Shown: positions 7,628 to 17,054, counted from the stretch's first letter. The stretch: DNA of 35,503 nt from a virus (IMGVR_UViG_3300020045_002971:1-35503), one strand, 5' to 3'. Numbers and translations: made by a program. Notes: generated by a model from the letters alone, not told the origin.

Positions 7628-8485
7628 ATGGCAAAAAAAGAAGAAGAAAACACCGCTAAGATTGAATTAGCGAAGAGAGATATTACCGCAACGGTTCTAT
7701 CAAAAGTAACGTCAATGGTTTCGACGGGCGAACTTAAAATCCCGCACGATTACTCACCGGAAAACGCCCTTAAATCTGCCTACCTTGTCCTGTCTGAGAC
7801 AAAGAACGCAGCGGGTAAGACAGCCTTAGAAGCGTGCACACCGGCTAGCGTATCAATGGCACTGCTAAAGATGGTTGTCTGGGGATTGTCACCAATGAAA
7901 AAGCAATGTGATTTCATTATGTACGGCGATAAGCTGGAATGCTCAGCCGAATATACGGGCAACATGGCTCTTGCTAAACGTTGGGGCGGTCTGGTTGATG
8001 TGAAAGCATCGGCGGTATTTGAAGGTGACGACTTCGCGTTCGAAACTGATCCGTCAACAGGGGTAAAAAGAATCACAAAGCATACTCAAACGCTTCAATC
8101 AATCGGATCTGAAAAGGTTATCGGTGCCTATGCTGTTATGACAATGGCTGACGGTTCGCGCTGGACTGAAGTTATGTCTATCGAGCAGATCCGTAAATCA
8201 TGGGGACAAGGTGGAACTAAGGGAAACTCACCGGCTCACAAAAACTTCCCCGACCAAATGGCAATTAAGACGGTGATCAACCGAGCTTGTAAATTGATTA
8301 TCCGTTCGTCTGATGATAGCGTTCTTTATTCTGGTGAAGATCGCGAATATGTCAGCCCGATTGAAGAACAAGTGGCTCACGAGATCAAGACTGAGGCAAA
8401 CAAAGAAGTGTTTAAGATTGAGGCTCAACCAGAAATGGAAATAGACCAGGCAACGGGTGAGGTAATTGAAAAGCCTAATTTCTAA
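7628..8485 (+). CDS. recT: RecT-family single-strand annealing protein
   Basis: GLSPMKKQCDFIMYG, VFEGDDF, IGAYA, FPDQMAIKTVINRACK. Confidence 0.92.
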   Translation: MAKKEEENTAKIELAKRDITATVLSKVTSMVSTGELKIPHDYSPENALKSAYLVLSETKNAAGKTALEACTPASVSMALLKMVVWGLSPMKKQCDFIMYGDKLECSAEYTGNMALAKRWGGLVDVKASAVFEGDDFAFETDPSTGVKRITKHTQTLQSIGSEKVIGAYAVMTMADGSRWTEVMSIEQIRKSWGQGGTKGNSPAHKNFPDQMAIKTVINRACKLIIRSSDDSVLYSGEDREYVSPIEEQVAHEIKTEANKEVFKIEAQPEMEIDQATGEVIEKPNF

Positions 8486-9211
8486 ATGAAACTTCATGTA
8501 CTAGCCACAGGGAGCGCAGGAAATTGTTATGTTCTGCGCTCCTCAAAAGGTGAGGCGCTAATCATTGACTGCGGAGTAAAAGCCAAACAGATTAAGGAGT
8601 TTTTTAACTTTGATCTATCTCAGGTTGTTGGGTGCTTGGTTACTCATGAGCATCAAGATCATGCCTCAGGTGTGAAAGAATTGGCCGCGCTTGGTGTAGA
8701 TATTTATACCAATCACAAGGCCACTGACACAATATTCTTTGGGCATCGAGTTTATCAATTCATAATGGATGGTGATAAATTTCGGCCTCAACAAATTGGA
8801 TCATTCACTATCTACCCGTTTTGGGTTAAACACGATGTGCCGTGCACCGGCTTTATAATCGTTCATCCAGAATGCGGTCGATCGTTATTTATAACGGACA
8901 GCTACTATTGCCCGTACACATTTGAAGGGCTGAATAATATAATCATTGAGGCTAACTACTCGGAGTCAATTATCAAAAAGCATTACGGCGAATCAAAGGA
9001 GTTTTTGAAAGACCGGATCTATAACTCGCACATGAGTTTCGAAACGTATTGCAATTTTCTCCTGGCAAATGATCTAAGCGAAGTACGCAACATTGTTTTG
9101 ATTCATTTATCAGATAGTAATTCTGATGCGGAAATGTTTAAACAGAAAACGAAAGCGTTCACGGGTAAGCCTGTGACGATTGCAGAGAATGGGATTAGTA
9201 TTAACTTATAA
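8486..9211 (+). CDS. Metallo-beta-lactamase-fold hydrolase (putative exonuclease partner of RecT)
   Basis: TGSAGN, IIDCG, THEHQDH, EANY, LIHLS. Confidence 0.9.
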   Translation: MKLHVLATGSAGNCYVLRSSKGEALIIDCGVKAKQIKEFFNFDLSQVVGCLVTHEHQDHASGVKELAALGVDIYTNHKATDTIFFGHRVYQFIMDGDKFRPQQIGSFTIYPFWVKHDVPCTGFIIVHPECGRSLFITDSYYCPYTFEGLNNIIIEANYSESIIKKHYGESKEFLKDRIYNSHMSFETYCNFLLANDLSEVRNIVLIHLSDSNSDAEMFKQKTKAFTGKPVTIAENGISINL

Positions 9212-9222
9212 AAAGCAACGAT

Positions 9223-9537
9223 ATGAGCAAAGCAGATGAAGCAAATAAATTAATCGTAAACAGAATTATACACCACTATGAGGATTTCAAAACTGGTAGA
9301 TGTACTTATGACAGGGTATTAGAGATGGGCAACCATTTAATTTCAGAACAATCAGCTTCCAAAGATCATCAAATAGATGAGTTGAAAAATCGGTTGGAAG
9401 ATTTATCAAACGTCTTCAAAAAATGGAAAACAGAGCATGAGTTGCCAAATGACAATGATGGAGAGTATAATCAGGGTTACGTCAAGGCAATGAATGATGT
9501 GATTAATTCAATTAGAATAACCAACAAAACAGTGTGA
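9223..9537 (+). CDS. Hypothetical protein
   Basis: 104-aa ORF in operon. Confidence 0.7.
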   Translation: MSKADEANKLIVNRIIHHYEDFKTGRCTYDRVLEMGNHLISEQSASKDHQIDELKNRLEDLSNVFKKWKTEHELPNDNDGEYNQGYVKAMNDVINSIRITNKTV

Positions 9538-9538
9538 T

Positions 9539-9700
9539 ATGGCAAATAATTTTTGGAATCTTTTAGCATTAATATCTGGCCTTTTGTGCATTATGTTTAG
9601 CCTTGTGTCCATGCTTGGAGATCGATACGATAAAGCGACTTATTATGTTTGTATGGCAGTGCTTATAAAATTAACTTTTCCTGATCGCCCTCAGGATTAA
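9539..9700 (+). CDS. Small two-TM membrane protein (53 aa)
   Basis: Not in track. MANNFWNLLALISGLLCIMFSLVSMLGDRYDKATYYVCMAVLIKLTFPDRPQD; starts 1 nt after the previous stop. Confidence 0.6.
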   Translation: MANNFWNLLALISGLLCIMFSLVSMLGDRYDKATYYVCMAVLIKLTFPDRPQD

Positions 9701-9724
9701 ATTGAAAACTAAAAAAGAAAATGT

Positions 9725-9904
9725 ATGAATAGAGAACAATTAAGAGAAATCATGCACAGGTTATTTGTGAAAGGTTACGGATGGGAGAAAATAAAATACT
9801 CTGACGACTTGTATAACGCAACCGAAGAAGAAATAGATTTGTGCTACGAATTTTATGAAGAGTTGCAAAAACACGGAACAGAAGAATTTTTGATTAACGA
9901 TTAA
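9725..9904 (+). CDS. Small acidic hypothetical protein (59 aa)
   Basis: Not in track. MNREQLREIMHRLFVKGYGWEKIKYSDDLYNATEEEIDLCYEFYEELQKHGTEEFLIND; A-rich upstream. Confidence 0.65.
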   Translation: MNREQLREIMHRLFVKGYGWEKIKYSDDLYNATEEEIDLCYEFYEELQKHGTEEFLIND

Positions 9905-9912
9905 ATAAACAT

Positions 9913-10182
9913 TGATTCAGATTACGGTAAGGGATCACCTGATTAAGCGCAAGCCGAAAAGTTAGCCGAACCGTTTTCTGAATTGACATTGAGAGTGAGT
10001 ATAACGAGTGGGTTTACCAACGATGAAACAGATAGTAAAATTGAAGATGTCCAAAGTCTGCGTTTCATTCCTACTGAGGGGGCTTCGGCTTGACCCAAAA
10101 GGAATATCAGTTAGTTGGCACTCACAATCAATAATGAGAAGGGCTAAGGGGTACAGGGATGCGCCCCTTGCCTGACTCTTTT
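9913..10182 (+). ncRNA. Candidate structured non-coding RNA of unknown family
   Basis: Largest gene-free gap inside an operon; three nested stem domains with GCAA, C(UUCG)G and GGGA tetraloops. Confidence 0.55.
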
Positions 10183-10202
10183 GAACTAAACAAATTGAAA
10201 TT

Positions 10203-10598
10203 ATGAAAAAATCAGATCGAGAAATTATCTTTAAGAAATATAATGGTAAGTGCGCTTATTGCGGAACTGAATTATTAAAAGGCTGGCACGTTGATGAAGT
10301 AGAGCCGGTAAGGAGAAACCACAAATGGAATCCCGAAAAAAGAAGATACGAGATTGATAAAGACAACCCAATGATGCACCCCGAAAGATTACATATCGAT
10401 AATCAAAATCCAGCCTGTGCAAGTTGCAATATCAATAAACATAGTGATAGCCTTGAAGATTTCAGGAAATCAATTAAAGGGTACATGAAGCACTTGAACG
10501 AAAAATCAACTCAGTATAAAATCGCAAAGCGTTACGGCTTAATCGTAGAAACAGATGTTGAAGTTAAATTTTATTTTGAATCTGTATGCAAACACTAA
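10203..10598 (+). CDS. HNH endonuclease
   Basis: GKCAYCG...WHVDEVEP...NQNPACASCNINKH. Confidence 0.9.
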   Translation: MKKSDREIIFKKYNGKCAYCGTELLKGWHVDEVEPVRRNHKWNPEKRRYEIDKDNPMMHPERLHIDNQNPACASCNINKHSDSLEDFRKSIKGYMKHLNEKSTQYKIAKRYGLIVETDVEVKFYFESVCKH

Positions 10599-10882
10599 TC
10601 TGCACCCTCGAATTTAAAGAGGGAAGGCCAGTGGCTAAAGAGCAAAATCCGTTTGGTGAAACGCATTCATTTTTACGACAAGATTTTACAAACAAAAAGA
10701 ATATAAGCGAAACCGACAAAAGCAATTATGCTTCCGACTATTATAATTTTACCGTTTGGCAAACCGCAGAATCCAACCGCAGGGAGTTTGAGATAGATGA
10801 AGAGGAAGGAATAAAATTTGGGCTTCACCACTATCAGAATATTCAGCGAATGATCGGAACGAAAATTGAGTTGATATATTAG
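10586..10882 (+). CDS. Hypothetical protein
   Basis: 98-aa ORF whose stop overlaps the convergent holin stop. Confidence 0.6.
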   Translation: MQTLICTLEFKEGRPVAKEQNPFGETHSFLRQDFTNKKNISETDKSNYASDYYNFTVWQTAESNRREFEIDEEEGIKFGLHHYQNIQRMIGTKIELIY

Positions 10883-11367
10883 TTATTACTCATCTTTTCA
10901 ATCTGCTTTTGCTTGCGCTCAGAACCTATTGATGTGCCTCTATGAAAGTTTACAACCGTTGAAAGCATAGCGCCCAGAACACCAAATCCGGTGTAGAAAA
11001 GTTCTTTATTTTCTTCTGGCACAGCCTTCATAAAGATCAAAACCAACATGGTAATAAAAGACACAACGAATATACCGTCAATGATATAAGCAATGTTTTT
11101 TGAAAGCCAGCTTGCCTTATCTGATTCCTGAATCTTAGTGTTCATATCACGACTATTAGCAACGTCGGACAAGTATAGTTTCAGTTCTTCATTTTGCTGT
11201 TCACCCAGCGCTTCTAAATGGCGGTTAACCTCGGCCGTCACCTTTGCTTTTACTTCGTCTTTTTCTTCTTTGGTTTGAACGAATGTATCAATAACTCCGC
11301 TTACCGAATCAATTATCTCAGAGCCTTTTCCTGAAATTAAGTTCTTTAAAAATCCTGTTCCCATCAT
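10879..11367 (-). CDS. Putative holin (3TM/GTA-holin-like)
   Basis: C-terminal TM helices, DVANSRDM and VVNFHRGTSIGS patterns; follows the endolysin. Confidence 0.7.
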   Translation of the reverse strand: MMGTGFLKNLISGKGSEIIDSVSGVIDTFVQTKEEKDEVKAKVTAEVNRHLEALGEQQNEELKLYLSDVANSRDMNTKIQESDKASWLSKNIAYIIDGIFVVSFITMLVLIFMKAVPEENKELFYTGFGVLGAMLSTVVNFHRGTSIGSERKQKQIEKMSNN

Positions 11368-11777
11368 GGCTTAATAACTTTGATTGCTAAGTGATTGCCT
11401 CGTGTGCCTAAATGCGTCCAAGTCGGGGTATATTTATTATCCTCAATTTCTCTGATGCCCATTGCGTACAATTCAATTTGGTGATCCAGACACCAATCAA
11501 AAACCTCTTTAGCGGTCATGCCTTTGACTTTTATATCAATTGCTTTGCCTTCTTTATGCGCTGACTTTTTAGCGCCGGTAGTGGTATTAATATCTCTTAA
11601 CCCAGATTCTTTGTACTGGCCTCCAGTTGCGTAGTTATTAATCGTTACTGGCTTACCTAAAGTATCTCTGATCCACTGAGCAACAATAACGAGTTTTGAA
11701 TCTACCTTATTAAAGTCTCCATTTGGATAAATAAATTCATCCTGAAAAAATGATTTTGTACATTGTATCCGTTCCAT
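11364..11777 (-). CDS. Endolysin, peptidase M15 family
   Basis: SGLR...SAHKEGKAID...WTHL zinc-peptidase motif. Confidence 0.85.
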   Translation of the reverse strand: MERIQCTKSFFQDEFIYPNGDFNKVDSKLVIVAQWIRDTLGKPVTINNYATGGQYKESGLRDINTTTGAKKSAHKEGKAIDIKVKGMTAKEVFDWCLDHQIELYAMGIREIEDNKYTPTWTHLGTRGNHLAIKVIKP

Positions 11778-12028
11778 TACATTCCGGTTTTAGTTTTTAC
11801 AATTAAGCCAATCAACGATGCAAAGAATTTTTTAAGCGTTACTTTGTTCTTGCTTTTTTCCCTGTCCTGCATTAACGTGTGTAACTGATTTTCGACAATG
11901 CAGAATCTTGAATCAGTTTTTTCGCAGTGCATATCGAACTTATAAACAAGACCTTTTTTACGGTCAAACTCCGTACCAATCAAACACTCTTTAATCTCTT
12001 TTATATCTGAGGTTTCTTCTTTGCTCAT
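11777..12028 (-). CDS. Small lysis-module protein with C-terminal hydrophobic segment
   Basis: 83 aa, coupled to the endolysin start; FFASLIGLIV. Confidence 0.6.
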   Translation of the reverse strand: MSKEETSDIKEIKECLIGTEFDRKKGLVYKFDMHCEKTDSRFCIVENQLHTLMQDREKSKNKVTLKKFFASLIGLIVKTKTGM

Positions 12029-12207
12029 TTGAGTAACGCTTTTAATTTTTCTGCCTCAGATCGGGTTAGTTCAATTGTAACAATATCTTCAGGCTTTTCG
12101 TCTGGAACTTCAATTTCTTCTATCCTGTCAATAACATTTGTCGCTAAAGGATTCTTTTTTAGTTCTGCCTTTGTTGCTGGACGATAATATTCAACTACTT
12201 TTTTCAT
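12025..12207 (-). CDS. Small hypothetical protein (possible fibre chaperone)
   Basis: 60 aa, directly after the fibre-like gene; function inferred from position only. Confidence 0.55.
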   Translation of the reverse strand: MKKVVEYYRPATKAELKKNPLATNVIDRIEEIEVPDEKPEDIVTIELTRSEAEKLKALLK

Positions 12208-12208
12208 A

Positions 12209-12814
12209 CTATAAGAATGCAGATTTATGAATTAATGGACAAACTATTGTTGAGTTTGAAATTGTCAAACCAGTAGTAGGGAATGGAGTAGGCAAGACCG
12301 CATAAGCTAAAGCCGCCAAAATTCTATTTGGCGCTCCACTTGTAAACGTAGTTTTACCAATACCCATAAATGTCGGTGTTGCGCCAGTCGTTGCCGGTAC
12401 TGCTCTCACTGTTATTGCGGCGGCTGAATTATGAAAGAACGCTAACCAATAAAGACCAGCCGTTGTAATATTCTGGTTTATGCTTATAGTCTTTACAGCG
12501 TTTGAATCGCCCGTTACCGTTCCCGCATCCAATAGTAAAGTCGTTGGGAATACGTTTCCGCCGTCTTGATAAATTCCTAATCTAATTACGCTCCCTGCCG
12601 TCCCTGATGCTGTGACCTCGATTACAATTTCATCCAAATTACAAGGTCTTGCAATCATTACAGGAACAGCAATCAATTGATTCAACACTGTTACTACTGT
12701 TGTTGGGTTAAACACGTCTGTAAATGGCCCATACCAGCCAGTATAATTTGTTGTACCGGTATGGGTGAAATAGTTTTGATCTTTTGCTGTTGTTATATTT
12801 ATATCTACACTCAT
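12209..12814 (-). CDS. Putative virion fibre / receptor-binding beta-sandwich protein
   Basis: Thr/Ala/Gly-rich; IRLGIY...LLLDAGTV...GLYWLA pattern seen in phage structural proteins. Confidence 0.55.
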   Translation of the reverse strand: MSVDINITTAKDQNYFTHTGTTNYTGWYGPFTDVFNPTTVVTVLNQLIAVPVMIARPCNLDEIVIEVTASGTAGSVIRLGIYQDGGNVFPTTLLLDAGTVTGDSNAVKTISINQNITTAGLYWLAFFHNSAAAITVRAVPATTGATPTFMGIGKTTFTSGAPNRILAALAYAVLPTPFPTTGLTISNSTIVCPLIHKSAFL

Positions 12815-13881
12815 GTTGCGTTAATTGTTAAGGCCTTTTTAATCGGCCATGTGAATGAAGTTGATAGCGAACCATCCACATAAACGTTGTATGTTTCGTC
12901 TGATACTATCTGACTTGTTGTTGCTTGCGCTTTTACTGTTTTAGAATGAAGTAGCGTACTCTCACTATTCGTAATATTTACAGTAGAATCTGAAATTGCC
13001 TGAACTTCTGCACCTTCTGCCGGAATAGAAAGCGTATATAAATTCGCACCAGCAGAATCGTTTATTTCAACAGAACCATCCCCAACATTTACAGTCAATG
13101 CCAATGCAGTATCAACAGCCGCAAATCCAACAGGGTCTAAATCGGAATTTCTTACTGTGATTACTTTGGTTGTGCCTGAATCCTGATCTGTGATTGGGTC
13201 GCCGTTGAATGTTTGGGAGGAAACGCCTGAAGTCGATGCCGGAACGGTTAGCTTTTTCAGCACATCATCATACGTATAAATCGGCGTGTTGCCATCGGTA
13301 TCAACCAAGGTTAAATCAAATTCAGCACCGCTTGCAAAGGAATCTTCGCTTGTTGTGTTGATTGAGAAAGTCACAGGGTCACAACTCGGATAAACAACGG
13401 TGCCGGTTTCAAAATCATAAGTCGGCATGAGCGATTGAATGTCACAGATCCCGTGTTTCTTTTTGATCTTCAGGGTAAATGTTGCAATCCATCCAAAGCA
13501 TTTATCAGCACCGAACTCATCCACTTTCCGGTAAGAGATTTGACCGTCTAGTCTGCTGAAATCTTGCCAGCGTTTAGAATATCTGATTGTATTTTCAATA
13601 TCCCGGAGGATGTCCATCGTGTCAGAATTAACCCTGTCACGGTTATCGTTCTGGTCCAAGACATAATCCAGGCAAATAATTTCCCACGAATAATTGATGA
13701 AGAAGTTTTCCGACGTTGCGGACGGGCTGTTGACAATTACAGCGGTATATTTATTCTCAGATGAACGAAACGTTTCAAGATATTGACCATAGCCAAAATC
13801 ATTCACCATCGGGTGAGCAGTAGCCCATTCGCTGAACTCAGCTATTAGCCGCCTTAACGTTACCGATGTGTCGATTGCCAT
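12811..13881 (-). CDS. Neck / tail-terminator-like protein with C-terminal beta-rich repeat extension
   Basis: Follows the adaptor gene; N-terminal ~150 aa ending in EFGADKCFGWIATFTLKI; Ser/Thr/Asp-rich C-terminal part. Confidence 0.55.
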   Translation of the reverse strand: MAIDTSVTLRRLIAEFSEWATAHPMVNDFGYGQYLETFRSSENKYTAVIVNSPSATSENFFINYSWEIICLDYVLDQNDNRDRVNSDTMDILRDIENTIRYSKRWQDFSRLDGQISYRKVDEFGADKCFGWIATFTLKIKKKHGICDIQSLMPTYDFETGTVVYPSCDPVTFSINTTSEDSFASGAEFDLTLVDTDGNTPIYTYDDVLKKLTVPASTSGVSSQTFNGDPITDQDSGTTKVITVRNSDLDPVGFAAVDTALALTVNVGDGSVEINDSAGANLYTLSIPAEGAEVQAISDSTVNITNSESTLLHSKTVKAQATTSQIVSDETYNVYVDGSLSTSFTWPIKKALTINAT

Positions 13882-13941
13882 TTTTAACCAATTTCTTTAC
13901 TGCCTGTTTAACTTTAATCTTAACTGCCTTGCTGACCTTTA

Positions 13942-14481
13942 TCATATAATCCCAAATTGATTGCCTGTGAATGCGCTTGACTTCTTCAAATGCGGTCTGA
14001 TTGTCTGGCTCAATTCGTCAGCATCAACCGCCTCGTAAAGTTCCGGAATATTTTCCCATTCATCACAAAGAAAGCCCTTCATTTTTTGCTCCAAGGCTTT
14101 AGCGTCTTGCAGTAATTCGTCACGGAGCTTATTGTTGTCACTGAAACTATTTGCTCGTATGTGTTCATCGTTGAATGTTCCAGTTGTCTTATTTGTGATT
14201 TGAGTGGTTGTGTGTACGCTTGCCTTCCAATCACAGTAGCAAATCATTGTTGGGATGATATGATCTTTTAAAAGGGTTGCATATAGTCCCGCAACGGTGT
14301 TGCCTTGAATATCTGTAACCAATTTATTATACAACGTGGTTCCAATCACTGGCTCAATGCGTGTGCGTTGAACTGCGTAAATGATCGGCTTTAGTTTTTT
14401 AACGTCTGTATTCGCATCGGTAAACCCGTACTCACGCCAAACCTCAACGTCAAGAAAGTATGTTCTGTTAAGTGCTATCAT
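13942..14481 (-). CDS. Putative head-tail adaptor
   Basis: Helical 179-aa protein right after portal; AVQRTRIEPVIGTTLYNKL. Confidence 0.6.
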   Translation of the reverse strand: MIALNRTYFLDVEVWREYGFTDANTDVKKLKPIIYAVQRTRIEPVIGTTLYNKLVTDIQGNTVAGLYATLLKDHIIPTMICYCDWKASVHTTTQITNKTTGTFNDEHIRANSFSDNNKLRDELLQDAKALEQKMKGFLCDEWENIPELYEAVDADELSQTIRPHLKKSSAFTGNQFGII

Positions 14482-14485
14482 TGGC

Positions 14486-16378
14486 TTAGTTTTTAAACGT
14501 GATTACTTGACTCCATTCGTGACGGCAGCCCGGCTCATTTTTATCCGTGTCAGGATTATGATACCAACCACCACGATATGCAAACACGTTGTAGCCTTCG
14601 TTGCCTGAGATACGGTTAATGTCCTCACGGGTGTACAAGCGATTCAATCCCATAAGCGTTTTGCAAAACTCACGGCTTTCGCCTTTGAGTGCCGGCGCAT
14701 TGTCACGTACCCGATACTCATACATAATCTCAATGTCCTCAACTTGGTTCAATGCGTTCTGTGCTTTACCAGCTTTGGTAAGGTCGCCAACTTTATCAAT
14801 TAAATTAAGCGTTGCCAATCGGTTATACATCTTTGCCAGATCAACGCCTGAAATATCAAGCGCCTTTCTAATCGAATCAAAAGATTCACCTTGACTGATC
14901 AGGTTTAGAACTTGCGCCTGTGTGTCGCTGAGGTCGGCGAATGATTTTTTAGCAGAGGATAGTAGATCGTCTTTTGTAAACTCAACACCGTTGATAATCG
15001 CTTGGGAATGCAGAATTGTAAAGTTTTTACGATCAGATCCGCACATTCTTAGACGCTCCAAAATCTTGTCGCTGTCCTCTTGCGCTTTTTTATCCGTGTT
15101 TAGATTAACCTGAAATTGCGGGTTCGTTGGTTCTTTTGGTAAATTCAACACCGGCATTTCAATTTTAATTTCCCCTTCAATTCCCGCGATCTCATTCATG
15201 ATGTAATTAATCACACCAGCTAAATCAGAACGCCTGCCCTCAAAGTAGTTCGATTGCATAATAGCGTAGCCGATTTCTAATTCAGATGCATTAAACGAGC
15301 CATCAGGTTTAACCCCGAATAGCGTAGGCACAACGACCTGATGACCATGTATGGTTGAATCTTCGCTGCCTTTCTTTACGTTGGTGTAGCGGTCAGGTAA
15401 ATTACTACCCGTCTGGCTTTCAATCGTTGGCTTTTCGTCTTGACCGTTACCATAAATAACCATTGATCTACCGGCCTGAAGTGCGCCCGTTGTGCTTGCT
15501 CCTAAATCACGCTCCAAATCTTTTTTATCCTTGTCGTTCTTTGGCTGACCACCCGCCAAGTAAATCAAATTACCAAGTGAAAAGCCGTTGTGAATTTCCG
15601 AGTTCCCGTGAATACCTATCTGGATTCCGGTTTCAATTTGAGTTATCGCGCCACCATAAGGCGGGTCTGGATAGTGACCAGCGTTTAATTCTCTGGCTTG
15701 TGGATTGTCAATTGATGCGCCGCTTTCTTCTTTGAATAATACGAAACACTGCTTTTGATTTGGGTCTTTCGCGTTGAATGGTTTCAATACTTCAAACACT
15801 GGCTTTGAATCCAGCCAGTTTTCAGATATACAAATGTTACCAGACAAATGTAGTTTGCCCTCTTCATCTTTGATTAACTCATATCTGATTTGCTCGTATG
15901 GTATGCGCTCAGATTTCCGGTACTTTTTCTCACCAACAAAGGAAAAGAAACATTTAACAGCAAACCAATTTGATTTTTCGTAATCCAGTGAAAGGTCGTC
16001 AAGTATAGCAGACCAATCTTTATCCTTCGGGCTGGTCTTTTTGTTCTTGAAAAATTCGTCGTAACCGATTTGATTTGGCCCTTCGTAAGTCATTCCGGCC
16101 GATACGGTGAAATGTTTCTTTGCGCGGATAATTCCCGCGTGAATAGGATTGTTTTTGAAAAGGTAATTTAAGAAATAAGAAAACTCGTTACGCTTGCCCC
16201 ACTTCAGGACCATTGAGGTCTTGTCAAACTCTTCAGTTGGCAAAGGAATATTTGAGGCCTTTGCAGACACCATAGCGTAAGAGGTGCCACGATGATTGTT
16301 TGAACCACCCTGACCACCGCGCCCGCCTCTGCGTGTGCGCTTAACCTGTGTATGTTGTGTCTGTTCCGGTTGGCTCAT
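14486..16378 (-). CDS. Portal protein with C-terminal winged-helix and MuF-like extension
   Basis: WGKRNEF...NPIHAGII...IHGHQVVVPTLFGV portal-like core; C-terminal SREFC...YRGGW...CRHEW. Start uncertain (internal MVSAK is an alternative). Confidence 0.8.
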   Translation of the reverse strand: MSQPEQTQHTQVKRTRRGGRGGQGGSNNHRGTSYAMVSAKASNIPLPTEEFDKTSMVLKWGKRNEFSYFLNYLFKNNPIHAGIIRAKKHFTVSAGMTYEGPNQIGYDEFFKNKKTSPKDKDWSAILDDLSLDYEKSNWFAVKCFFSFVGEKKYRKSERIPYEQIRYELIKDEEGKLHLSGNICISENWLDSKPVFEVLKPFNAKDPNQKQCFVLFKEESGASIDNPQARELNAGHYPDPPYGGAITQIETGIQIGIHGNSEIHNGFSLGNLIYLAGGQPKNDKDKKDLERDLGASTTGALQAGRSMVIYGNGQDEKPTIESQTGSNLPDRYTNVKKGSEDSTIHGHQVVVPTLFGVKPDGSFNASELEIGYAIMQSNYFEGRRSDLAGVINYIMNEIAGIEGEIKIEMPVLNLPKEPTNPQFQVNLNTDKKAQEDSDKILERLRMCGSDRKNFTILHSQAIINGVEFTKDDLLSSAKKSFADLSDTQAQVLNLISQGESFDSIRKALDISGVDLAKMYNRLATLNLIDKVGDLTKAGKAQNALNQVEDIEIMYEYRVRDNAPALKGESREFCKTLMGLNRLYTREDINRISGNEGYNVFAYRGGWYHNPDTDKNEPGCRHEWSQVITFKN

Positions 16379-16709
16379 AAGATTCGTTATCTGTAAAGGT
16401 TGCTTGTACTCTGGCTACTCCGTTGGATAGTTGTAGCATTTCTGCGTAGTCTTCATCGCCTGTTGTTGCGCTCTGGTAAATTTCATAAAGGTATTCGCCT
16501 TCGGTTAAATCTAAATCGGTCGGCAGAACTAATGTAAACAAATCATAACGTACATTCTGTTCTGCTGAGTTGACCAGTTCAATCAAATATTCTACCCGTG
16601 TTTGTGCGTGAACAAACCGCCACAGATAAATCGGGTTATCAATGGTCAGAATGTCGTCGCAAACAACGTACATTGAATTACTACTTGCCTTGGTTAGCAG
16701 CAGCATCAA
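16341..16709 (-). CDS. Putative structural protein (acidic, beta-rich)
   Basis: 122 aa between tail tube and portal; GEYLYEIYQ. Confidence 0.6.
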   Translation of the reverse strand: MMLLLTKASSNSMYVVCDDILTIDNPIYLWRFVHAQTRVEYLIELVNSAEQNVRYDLFTLVLPTDLDLTEGEYLYEIYQSATTGDEDYAEMLQLSNGVARVQATFTDNESYEPTGTDTTYTG

Positions 16710-16983
16710 TCAAAGCAATTAATTTATCTCTACCCAATGACGGTTTGTAGCCGTCCAAATTCTTTGCACGCTCACGAAGTTCGTGGGTCTTTAGACAAGG
16801 GATACACTCTTCGTCTTTTACCGGAACTAATTTTTTATGGACCGGCTGATCACCGTCGAGCAATTCCCAACGGCCAGCCTGTGCTAAAATTCCTGCGTGG
16901 TCCTCACGGATTTTGATTTGACCGATTCCAGGCACCGAGGTTGACGCTCCAATAAATTCCGGTTTTACTCTTAGATTTTTCAT
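16681..16983 (-). CDS. Hypothetical protein with C-terminal helix-extended-helix (Rho-N-like) motif
   Basis: THELRERAKNLDGYKPSLGRDKLIALI. Confidence 0.6.
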   Translation of the reverse strand: MKNLRVKPEFIGASTSVPGIGQIKIREDHAGILAQAGRWELLDGDQPVHKKLVPVKDEECIPCLKTHELRERAKNLDGYKPSLGRDKLIALIDAAANQGK

Positions 16984-16994
16984 AGACTCAAATT

Positions 16995-17035
16995 AAAAAA
17001 AGGGTGAGCGAGGTTTGACCCAAACTCACCCTTTT
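16995..17035 (-). terminator. Intrinsic terminator after the tail tube gene
   Basis: AAAAGGGTGAG...CTCACCCTTTTTTT. Confidence 0.75.
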
Positions 17036-17054
17036 GTTTATCAAAAACACCAAT

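Noticed and set aside
9939-9960. Hammerhead ribozyme (CTGAT...GCGCAAGC...GAAA)
   Set aside because: The core reads CTGATTA rather than CUGANGA, and I could not build stems I and III with a cleavage triplet
9913-10598. HEARO/OMEGA (IscB) RNA-guided system
   Set aside because: The HNH protein is only 131 aa with no PLMP or RuvC motifs and no transposon ends; the adjacency is noted but not assigned
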